A DNA stretch of 64,000 bases from Pseudogymnoascus verrucosus (taxonomy: Eukaryota). The stretch lies in assembly GCA_001662655.1 (NCBI GenBank), contig KV460239.1. The stretch is one strand, 5' to 3'. This document shows, one piece after another, positions 1 to 10,188 of the stretch (its first letter is position 1; each line of letters opens with the position of its first letter). Under the pieces are notes generated by a model. It did not search any database. It worked only from the letters and a program-made list of their open reading frames with translations, and was not told the DNA's origin. Made by a program: the position numbers and the translations under genes.

Positions 1-30
1 AAGTGAAATGGGTATCATCAATCAATCGCT

Positions 31-1540
31 CTACAACGTCACCGTTGCGTCTCCCTCCCCACTCTCGGCCGGTGTCTCTTCGTCCAGGTTCAAAGTGTGC
101 ACTGGTGGCTCCTTTTCGCTGTCTTTGGCTGCTTCAGGCGTTTCTGCCTCCTCTTCCACCTTCAGTTCCTCCACCTTCTTCTCATCGGCGGATTCTGGCT
201 CCGAAGAGGCATTTTCTGATGGTTTGCTGTCGTCGATTTCAATCTTGTCTTCGCCCTCCTGCTCTTTGGTCACCTCTGGGGCACTCTCTGGCTCCTCTGA
301 CGCCTTCTCTGGGGAGTCATCAACGATGATTGTCATTTCTGCAAGCTCCTCGTCAGGCTCCTGGTGCGAGACCTCACTGTCCTTGATCTTCTCATCTTCC
401 TCTTGCTTCGCCTCCTCCTCTTCTTTGATTTTCAGCGTCTTTAAGCGTTGTGCCATGTCAGACTCTTCCTCGTCAGCCTCAATAACTGTAGTCACCGCAG
501 CTCCTGTTGATGGCGAAGATCGTATATGTCTCCTGGTATTGGTACGACTAGCAGCCGCTAAGTGCAAGTCCTCCTCTCCAGTAGTTGATAAATTGCTCAA
601 GACAGGTGGTTCAGGCTTCAGTATGGTATGTACGACTTTAGGTTCGGCAACTGGCTCAAGGCCCTCCGCCTCGGGGGGCAACTTGTAATTCTCTGCAGGT
701 AGAAGCTCGTAGTTGTCGCAAACAGTCTTGAATAAAACGTATAATCCTGTTTGTCCCTCCACCTGCCAGAATACGCCCTTATGTTGAAACCACGCATGCG
801 CAAAGATGCGGTGGAGTCGCCTGAAGATATTTGTCAGGTGCTTGACGCCGGTGCTTTTGTCGTCCATAACATCTCCCGAAGTAAGGCTCAGACGGCTGGG
901 AAAGATCTTCTGGCTTGTGACTATGTTGGTCGCCCAGTCAAGGGTATGGCAGCAGTAATCGATAGCGCAGCAGGACTTTGGCGACTCGTGAACGGCGCAT
1001 AGAAATTGCCATTCCGAAGCGCGCATTTCGGGGCAGGTGGATGCAGAGCATGCTGGTGTGTCGAATAGAAAGCCAACAATGAGATCGTTGCACTTGTTTA
1101 TGAGGAAGCGGCAGAGCTCGTACAGCCACAGCGCACGGTCGACTCCAAATGGAGGTGTAGCTAGAAGAGACGCGGTTTGCCTGTTTATAGGGACGATAGT
1201 TGATGCCGATGGTCGGGTGTGGTGGTGGTGTAAGGCTTTGAGATGCTCTTGTAATTGGAAGGCAGAATCAAGCTGGGGATTTCTTAGTATCACAGCGCAC
1301 ATGCAAGGGAGCAAAGTTTTTTACCTCCATCAGCGGCACAAGCGGTGGCCCAGCAGCCATGTCTGCTCCCTTCGTCCCAGGGTGAATCCTCCTGCTTGAA
1401 TTCGAATCTATAATGCTCTGCTCCATGGCATTCTCGAGGTTGTTGCTGGAATCTTGAATGGACGGTGACTTCGGGCCAATCTGGATTTCTGTTGGCGGCG
1501 GCGGGCTTGGTAGCCGCGGTGAGCTCGGGGGCAAAGACAT
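31..1540 (-). CDS. mob3: MOB3/phocein (STRIPAK subunit, Mob1/phocein family) with acidic C-terminal tail
   Basis: Exons 1540-1325 and 1272-31, with a 52-nt GTAAAA..CTAAG..CAG intron. Motifs WLYELCR, CPEMRASEWQFLCAVHESPKSCCAIDYCCHTLDWA and IFRRLHRIFAHAWFQH are typical of phocein/MOB3. Confidence 0.93.
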
Positions 1541-1823
1541 CTTGGATCGAGGCTCAAGTTGAGGAGTTGGCAACAGTTAGTCCCCTGAGAGCACAGCAGG
1601 CGCTTAAATTCGATGTTCTCTTGTCACGTAAGCTTGTTCGGTACAGCAACCAACGCGGTCGTCACATTAGAAGATCTGGATCATTGGTCGGGCCGTTGGC
1701 GCCAGTTTCCAAAATATATTGACAGCTGTGGCACGTGACAAACATCGGATTTATACATCATGCTCGTTGGGACGGCACTATTGTTTTTAAATTTGTAGCT
1801 TGCTTTGCAACCCCATAGACGCC
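1541..1823. promoter_or_regulatory. Short bidirectional promoter between mob3 and ZNG1 containing an E-box (CACGTGAC, 1732-1739)
   Basis: Divergent ATGs at 1540 and 1824 are 283 bp apart. GTCACGTG on the minus strand matches a Cbf1-type bHLH site. Confidence 0.55.
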
Positions 1824-3242
1824 ATGGATATATATGAAGATGATGAGCCTCCGCAGCTCGTTGACGCCGAAACTGAGTTGGTATCAAATGAGGTAGAGGA
1901 TAAAGTTGGAGACAATGTCAAGGTACCTCTTACAATTGTCACTGGTAAGAAATTCAAAAACAGAAAATAGAAATGATACTGAACATTTATAGGATATTTG
2001 GGTGCTGGAAAAACGACATTGATGAATTACATCTTGACTGAACAACATGGCAAAAAGATTGCTGTGATATTAAATGGTATTGTCACCACCAAATACTACC
2101 CAGCAAAATAAACTGGAGCATACTGACGTTATATTTAGAATTTGGAGACTGTAAGTCAATGAAAACCGCAGAAATACTGTGTCTAAGCTGATAGATGTAG
2201 CCGTCGATATTGAAAAGTCGATATCCGTGAGCAAAGATGGGGACCAAGTGGAGGAATGGCTAGAGGTTGGCAATGGCTGCATTTGCTGCTCGGTCAAGTC
2301 AGCAACCTCAGTAATTCGAGCCCAGAAACGTACTAATAGTATCCAGAGACATTGGAGTGACAGCTATCGAGACGCTCATGAAGAAAAGTGGCGCATTTGA
2401 CTATATTCTCTTGGAAACGACAGGTCTAGCAGACCCGGGGAATATTGCACCGCTGTTTTGGATGGACGAAGAACTTGGAAGCAGCATCTACCTGGACGGC
2501 ATTGTTACTCTCGTCGATGCCAAGAACATCCTCAAGAGCCTTGATGAACCGGCCCCTGAGACGACAGATCACGATGATCACCATGGTCCAGCCCTTACTA
2601 CTGCGCACCTTCAGATCTCACACGCAGACGTGGTTGTTATCAACAAGGCTGATCTTGTGAGCGAAGAAGAGTTGGAAGTAGTCAAAGACCGAGTGGGAGC
2701 TATCAACGGCCTCGCAAAGATACATGTTACTCAGCAAGGCAAGGTTCCACAACTTGAAGGTTTCCTTCTTGACTTGCATGCGTATGATAATGCTGAAGGG
2801 ATGGATATGGCTGAGAAGGGCCACAGCCACTTGGATCCGGTAAGTTCAAGCTTTCACTTTGTATATCATCCCGGCCACTAACTAGTATTAGAGGATCTCA
2901 ACTGTGACGATCAAAGTCCCCCCTCTCAAGGAGGAGCAACTTTCCAAGTTGGACGCTTGGCTCCGATCCATCCTCTGGGACTCGAAATTACCAGATTCGT
3001 CGACGGAGCCTGCCACGACCTCCTCGGAGCAATCACCGTTTGAGATATACAGGCTGAAAGCTAGACTACCGATGAGTGATGGTAGCATCAAAATCGTCCA
3101 GGGTGTTCGAGATGTCTTTGAGATCAAAGATGCCTTGGAACAGACTCAGCCTGAGCTCAAGGAGGGTAAGATTGTGGTGATTGGAAGGGATATGGCAAAT
3201 CTAGGCCTTGAGCGTAATTATTTCAACACTGTAGATGCATAG
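1824..3242 (+). CDS. ZNG1: COG0523/CobW-family zinc-chaperone GTPase (ZNG1/CBWD-like), ~385 aa
   Basis: Exons 1824-1944, 1993-2076, 2139-2150, 2201-2297, 2347-2839 and 2892-3242 join in frame. Motifs: Walker [19 protein letters not shown] (CxCC), [12 protein letters not shown] and a CobW_C-like C-terminus. The N-terminus carries EPPQLV. Confidence 0.92.
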
Positions 3243-3449
3243 CATTTGTAAAGCTATTTGTCTCAGTTGATAGAATCATATTTTTTCTATGAGATTAACA
3301 AACGTAAGAGGCCTGCGAGTATACTTCTCCAAACATTCACATGCTTATCTTAAAATGCTAAGAATGCTAGTTAGCGGAGTAATATTGTCAGCTTCTGAGT
3401 GAGAACCGTCCATTTGAGAGTTGGATTTTTGCTCTTTGTCGGTTTGTTT

Positions 3450-3472
3450 TCACGTGCTCCCCATTCACGTGA
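3450..3472. promoter_or_regulatory. Paired TCACGTG E-boxes upstream of NOT2
   Basis: CACGTG at 3451-3456 and 3466-3471, about 290 bp before the NOT2 ATG. Confidence 0.4.
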
Positions 3473-3745
3473 TATATTAGTTGGTTGTTGACATCGTCGC
3501 CTCACATTGGGTCATAGCCGAACCACGCGATACCCGATCCAGCTACAGCAAGGCGGTCAACCGTCCCTTTGAACCTGACGATAGCATCGCATAGCATGCA
3601 TGTCCACGTTAACATTGTTTGAACTGCACACATAATACCTCCAAACCGCAACCTCTTGAACAGCCGAACCTCCACATATCAATCGAAACTATAGATATTT
3701 CACGAACCTCCCCCTTGTCCCGACAACATCCAAGTGCTAGCAACT

Positions 3746-6228
3746 ATGAACAGACCAGGTTCGTGCCTCTCGATTCTCGATTGCTACGCCTCCCCAGCCT
3801 GCCCCGCGCTTCCACGTCTATTTGCATAGCTCCAGTTACCAGAGTACTATCGCGTGGCGCTCATGGATACTATCTCTTGATACTTTTATGCCAGGCACTG
3901 GTAGCCTCTCTTCAACACGCCCCGCGCTATCATGTCGATACAGGGAGGCGGTTACCAGGGCACTGTCGCGTGCTGGGGATACAGCCTCCTGCTATTTGTT
4001 ATACCGGGCATTGGCAACCATGTTTACCGTGTCAGGCATTGGCAACCCTATTCGATGTGTCAGGCATTGGCAGCCTCTTGCGATGAGCTTGGAATACCAG
4101 TGGCGTTTACCCATGCTAACTACTGTTAAACAGGAGCAGCGCCACAGTCGCTCCGTGGTCTACCGAACGGCTTTTCGAGTCAACAACAATCAATAGGGCC
4201 GTCGAGGAATGCCCCGGCGAGGATGGTCAATGGCAAGATGAGTGCGGATACAACATACCCAGCCTGGATGTGGACAGATATTGATTGAGACCCTATAGCA
4301 CCCAGCAACGGGGCCACTTGGGCATTTGGCGGTGTCCCTATGGGCACCGCTGGGCTTCCTAGCCAGCGACAGACCACTGCTCCGATGACAAGTTTTGCCC
4401 AATCGATTGGGAGCTCTCAACCAGCAGCCCCTCTAGATATGTCGTAAGTGCTGTCATATTTCCTAGCCCTGAGTTTCTTTCCCCATTCACTGTTGATTCA
4501 TATATGCTTCGTCGTTGCATCGCGACAGCCACGAGGTGGTTTTACCGCTCTGGTTGTAACCCGTTGCCGATTCCGCATCTGTCTCCAGAAGCTTGTGAAA
4601 TCAATATCCAGCATCAGAATCACGTACTGTCAGGGGCAGGGTTTCATGCGGAGTTGGAGCTAATATAATATTGATAGTGAATTCCCATCACTGTCAAATA
4701 ACCCTTCACACCAAGCCTCCAGTTCTGCTCAGTCCACATGGGCAATGCCAGGGGCACGTCAATTAGGGCAGGCTGCGACCCATCGGCCGCAACACGGCAT
4801 TCTACCTGCGCAACAACAAAGCCAAGCACAACAGCAGACCCAGCAACAGCAAGATGATCTTTTCTCCTCGTCATCCCAGCTCCCAAGTTCTCAAAGTGGC
4901 TTCCGATTCGGTGGACAAAATGCCGTGGGACAGTCATCTCAACCTCAAGAAAGTGCTGCGGAAGAGTTCCCCCCGTTAAATCGGAATGCAAACGGAGAGA
5001 TTGGCCAAGACCGTAATCTGGGCTCGTTACAAAGCCCTGGTTTCGGCGCTCCTTCAAGCACCCTCGGGTTTCCTGCTGGGGCCAGTGGCGCCCAGGCTTC
5101 TAGGAGCAACGGCCTGCTTAATGCAGTCAATACGGGCAACAGAGCTGCGCCGACAAACCCGCGCGATAACTCAGTAAACGTTCCAGGTAATTTGACATAA
5201 ACCCCGGGCCTTTATTGGGCAAAACTTACAATTCATCTAGGTCCTCCAGCGTCTCAAAATCCACCATCAAGCCTTGAGAAGGAGATAGTATGTCATTCAC
5301 TTGTTTATGGAGGTAGTCTCTAACTGTGACCAGGGATTCAGCAGACCGCCACTATCAGAAGCCGCGGACAGTTTAAGTCCACACGGCCAGCCAGCAACTG
5401 CAGACGCCAAAAGTGTACCTTATAATCAACCTATACCACCTCAGTCTCAACCAAATGGGTTTGAAGCCGACCCCACGGATGAAGCTGGCCCTATTAGCCA
5501 AGATCCGCTTCCAGGGATGAGTGACAGAGACCGATATGGCCTTAAGGGGCTGATTGAGATGCTCAAAGGCCCATATCCAGACCAGGCTGCACTCATAACT
5601 GGTGTTGATATTGCCGCTTTGGGATTCGACCTGAACACCACTGAGTGAGTCTTCCCCTTTTCTCTCGGATTTCGGAGATCGCTGATTACTAACTATCCTG
5701 CAGGCGTTTGTCAGAGACCATCTGGTCACCATGGGATGACGTTCCAGCAAGGCCGGATATTCCACAGCACACTATTCCAGATTGCTATCAGGTCCACAAC
5801 GTCCAGCCCATCGAGAACAAGCTGTCCAACTTCAGCGATGAGACGTTAATGTTCATGTTCTATAACAACCCTCAAGATATCCAACAAATGATTGCAGCGC
5901 AGGAGCTGTAAGTAGCATCACTCTCGGATCGTGTTCTCACGTACTAACATATTCTGCAGTACCAACCGCAACTGGCGTTATCACAAGAAGCTCTCAATGT
6001 GGCTGACGAAGGACGACATGATGCAGCCGCAACTCCTCGGAAACGGCACAGAGCGCGGCTACTACGTCTTCTTCGACCCGAAACTCTGGTCACGCGAGCG
6101 CGTAAGTTCAATCCCCATCCCCACCACCTTTCACAGTGGCCGTCACTAACGTCTCCTAGCGCGAGATGCTGTTAAGCTACATCGATCTGGAGGTTGTCCC
6201 CAACGGCCCAGCAGGCCCGATATCATAG
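3746..6228 (+). CDS. NOT2: CCR4-NOT subunit NOT2 (NOT2/3/5 domain), ~515 aa
   Basis: Nine exons join in frame: 3746-3758, 4134-4241, 4299-4443, 4678-5186, 5241-5287, 5334-5644, 5704-5907, 5960-6101, 6160-6228. The NOT-box reads FSDETLMFMFYNNPQDIQQMIAAQELTNRNWRYHKKLSMWLTKD..ERGYYVFFDPKLW, and DRYGLKGL..GFDLN lies upstream. Confidence 0.92.
4001..4084 (+). repeat. 28-bp tandem repeat x3 inside NOT2 intron 1
   Basis: ataccgggcattggcaaccatgtttacc / gtgtcaggcattggcaaccctattcgat / gtgtcaggcattggcagcctcttgcgat. Confidence 0.8.
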
Positions 6229-6831
6229 TCCCACAACCACGGAACTGGACGTTTAGATAGGGCCCAACATAGCTTATTCCCCGGCCGCCGCCTCTGGTGA
6301 CCCCTCGCGCACAAAAAACCTTGTATTCCGACCTCCGTCCGTCCATAAACCCTCTCCCTTCGCTCCGGTCCATACACACACACATACAAACCCGTTCTGT
6401 ACCATCTCCCATCACACCGGGTCACCACGGCGATCTAGTCACAATTCCGGCGTTTCCATTTTCCAATCTCGTTTTTTTCCGTCTCCAACAATCCATTTCT
6501 CAGGCGCACAGTTTCGTCACCACCGGCGGAAGGTGGTGGGTGGGGGGTTAAAGGGGGAAGGGAGGATGGGGGTGTTTATATGCTTTCTTTGTTTTGGGTG
6601 CTCTGCACGGCTGGGGGTTGGATGGGAGTGGTGGGGGCGTGGCTACTGTGTGGCTTGCATACTTGGCGGGGTTGGGAGTGTGTTTGTTTGTTGTTTTTTG
6701 TTGTTTGTGGGGGTTGGTTTGGGGGTGGGGGTTAGGAATCTGATAATGGAGTTGGTTCTTGGACTTTCTCTTTTTTGGGGGCCGTGGTGTGATTGTGATG
6801 GTTGTGTGGTGTCTTTTGTGAGGTTTGTGTC

Positions 6832-7029
6832 CTAACTGCAGCTGGAGGCGGCGGTGGCGAGTGGCCGATGTTCGATGAGCCCACCATAGGTGCTGAGTCC
6901 AACTCCGAACTGGCACACGCCGCCAAGGTCGTCTACTCCTGCAACGAGCGCTGGGCACTGGCACACTTCCCCCGCGAGGTAAAAAGTACAAGCACCCTCT
7001 TTCAGTCTCGCGAACACTTCCATTTCCAT
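6832..7029 (-). CDS. Candidate 65-aa small ORF (MEMEVFARLKEGACTFYLAGEVCQCPALVAG...AASSCS)
   Basis: ATG-to-TAG ORF of balanced composition between low-complexity flanks, downstream of a well-formed minus-strand acceptor at 7339. No recognisable homology. Confidence 0.25.
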   Translation of the reverse strand: MEMEVFARLKEGACTFYLAGEVCQCPALVAGVDDLGGVCQFGVGLSTYGGLIEHRPLATAASSCS

Positions 7030-10000
7030 AGGGCTGCCCCGAATGATCCGAGGGAGTCCCGGAGATATACCCCCCGTTCTAGAAAAGATGGACAACGGGG
7101 ATCGGAGCGCCAAGGAGTAACTACTTCTACGCGAGCCCGGATGTCTGAGATGCTACTACTACTCTACGGCTGACGAGTTCGGATCGGATGTCTTAGATTC
7201 GGGGGGTGGAGGCGGTCAGTGCAGAGGGGACAGGCGCGGTTGCCGCCCGTCGGTAACTGGGGAATAGGGGAAGGAAGGGAGGGAGAAGGGGGGTATTTAG
7301 GGGGTCTCGACGAGTATATTCAGATCCCCGGCGCCGAGCTGGTGTTGGGCGAGAAGAGAGGTGTAGATTAGCATAGCACGCTCATATTGTACATCCTGTC
7401 CATACGCCGCGTATATATATCTACTCATACCAAACCTTCCTCCCCCCCCTCGTCTGTGCGCCATCCATTCACCCAACACCCACACCATCGGCATCGGTAC
7501 AACGTACTACCAGATCCCACCGCCCCCGTATCTCAGCCGGGAAGGAAGGAAGGTTTTCGGGATCCCGAGGGCGTGGGTGTTGGATTCCGGACCAACCAAC
7601 ACGGCTCGGTGTTGGGGCCGAAAGGGGTTATAGATAGGCTAATATTGGGAGCCCGAGGGTTTGGTAGTGGGTTTGAATGACTATATTGGCTTAGCTAGAT
7701 GGCATCTATCTACAGTATCACGATGGGTGAAGGAGTTGCTGGTCACGCGATCAGAGATACTGGGTGTAAGCACGACATTGACATCGAAACTGATGACTAG
7801 CAACCTCCTCACTACACATAGAGGTCAGCACCACCAAGCCTTTGCCAATACTACTAACACCACCACAACCACGTGTCCCTCATCCGCTCCCCCCTCTCCT
7901 CCCTCCTCATCCCCTTTTCAACACCCCCCCCCTCCCCTCCATCCGAAGCAGCCTCCCCCCTGCCTCCCCATCCGGCCCCCATCCCCATCCGGATACGAAG
8001 CGGAGATGAGCCCCATCCCTTCCCCCCCGATGCGACACTGCCACGTTTTAGGGCTGTCAGGGTAGTTGGGCTTCCAGAATATTCGAACGGCAAGGGCGGG
8101 TGGTGTGGTGGGTGGTGTGCAAGGCTGTGATGTGTGCTGATTACGGATGCAGGGGAAAGGGGGATAGGGATGGGGGTGGTTGCCTGCGCTGATGGGCTTG
8201 GTTGTTTGCAGGGGGTGGAGGGAGTTTGATGGCCGCCGGGGGGGAGGGGAGGGAGGTGATAAGTGACGTGTCGCTGTGAAGATACGAGTGAGTGAGGTAA
8301 CTTATCAGTCGACGCGGTTTATTTATTCGGTCACCTCCGTCCGTTGACGGGAACGTTACAGAAGGGTGAGGGTGAGGCGTTGAATAGGACCGAGATCGTA
8401 ACATACATACATGATAGGGGATAAGGGGGTCGGGGGGAAAGGCAGGATTAAGGAGAGAAAAAACAACACTCGGCCGAAAGCAAACAAATAAGGTGGCCAG
8501 TCAGGTGCGGGATGGGGGATTGGAGGTAATCTTGTGAGAATTAGGATCATCGTCGTCATCGATCGGGCGAGCATCCCTGTCCACTCACTCACTTTGGAGA
8601 TCGCGTTTTGAGTCCGGCGGCGGCGGCGACGACCGTGGTACTGAGGGTATAGTAACAGTACAATATGGTACCTTGCTTCTGGTTGTAGATACAAACATTC
8701 ACCAAAACCCTCACGCACGTATCGTATTTACTGTACTGCGGAAATAAGACGACACAGGTAATGTAATATCGAAGTAACCCTCCCTCCCACCACAGCCCAT
8801 CTTACCTCGGTGTTTCCACAGGGTCCGGGATCCATTCGGGGATACGCGAACGGCGCTAGAAGCACCGTCTCATCTTCTAGAAGGAATGTAATTTTAGCAG
8901 TCCCCTCCTCCCTCCCCTGTTATTTTTCGTCGGACCCACCGGGGGCGCACGTGGTGTGTGTCGGATTTAAGGAGAGGACGGGGGGCAGGGGGTAGGGGTT
9001 CTTCCGTTCTTTGTAGGGGGTTGATTGAGGGTGGGGTGTGTGTGCAAGTCACTTACTGCTGCAGTAGCAGGTTGCTATTATAACCCTTGGTGTGTTTCAG
9101 GTTTGGGGTGCAGGCGGGGGATGACACGCTGACACGTTTTTTTGAGGTGGGGGGAGGAGTGGTAAGGGTAAGGGTTTGGTCATGCATGGAATACAGGTAT
9201 GAGGAGTGGAGGGAAAGTTGAGTCGTGCTTTTTCCCTGGACCGGGGTGGGACATGGGGATAAAATGAGCGGGTTTATAGAAGGAATTTTGAAGAAAGAAG
9301 AAACATACTCCGTAGTTAGTACTGCTATATCTCTAGTTCGTTATAGCAGTATAGTTAGTATAGAGTAGTACGATCTGTTCAAATAGGGCTAAAATTGCCT
9401 ATTACGGAAAGATCGGTTCTGTGCGTGCGTTGAGTTAAGCAGCGTACTTATAGTGCTACCTAGGCAGATAAAATCTCATCATTTTCTAATGGTAGTCGGC
9501 ATCGACGGTGGAGGTTTCGCAATCCTCAGTCAGCAATTTATTATCACTCAGTCAGTCGGTCGAGGCACGTAGCCAGCCCAGCCCAGAGCCCAGCCAGCCA
9601 GCCACCCTCATGCACATCACCACATCAGCGCCGCAAGCAAGCCACGACATGCACGCGAGATGGCTGGCTGCTGTGGTGGTGGTAATATATCCTGATCGTA
9701 TGAACGAACACATGCTGCATGGCTTTGTGCAGTTCGCATATATCGTATATATACACCTTGCATAACACCCATTATATCTGCATATAATAGAGTACAGTTC
9801 TTATTACACATCCTCTACATACCCATACCATACTATACAGTATCGTATCAACCCCTCCCTCTTTCCACACCTCCAGCAGTTCCACAGTAGCAAGCCCTCC
9901 TTCCTTTCCACTCCCTTTTTTCCATAGCCATAGTATTATCCCCCACCCACCGCTTCCCGAACCAGCACACCTTGCGAAAAAACCCACCTATCTACCTTCT

Positions 10001-10144
10001 GAACATCTCCTTCCCTAAAACCCCCTTCAAAGCCGAGCCGGTACACCGCGTGGTCAATCCCCACACGCCCCGTCCCTGCCCTTGCCCAGCTCCAGGACCC
10101 TGCGCGATGACGATAACGTCCCCCCCCTCTTGCCCCTCCTTTAC

Positions 10145-10188
10145 ACCATACCATACCATACCATACCATACCATACCATACCATACCA
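10145..10188 (+). repeat. (CCATA)8 pentanucleotide microsatellite
   Basis: Read directly from the sequence. Confidence 0.95.

Noticed and set aside
3..1399. Plus-strand ORFs of up to 226 aa over mob3
   Set aside because: Antisense shadows of the acidic MOB3 frame.
4001..4084. CRISPR-like reading of short spaced repeats (also 33713 and 53144)
   Set aside because: Eukaryotic context, degenerate tandem units, no unique spacers and no cas genes.
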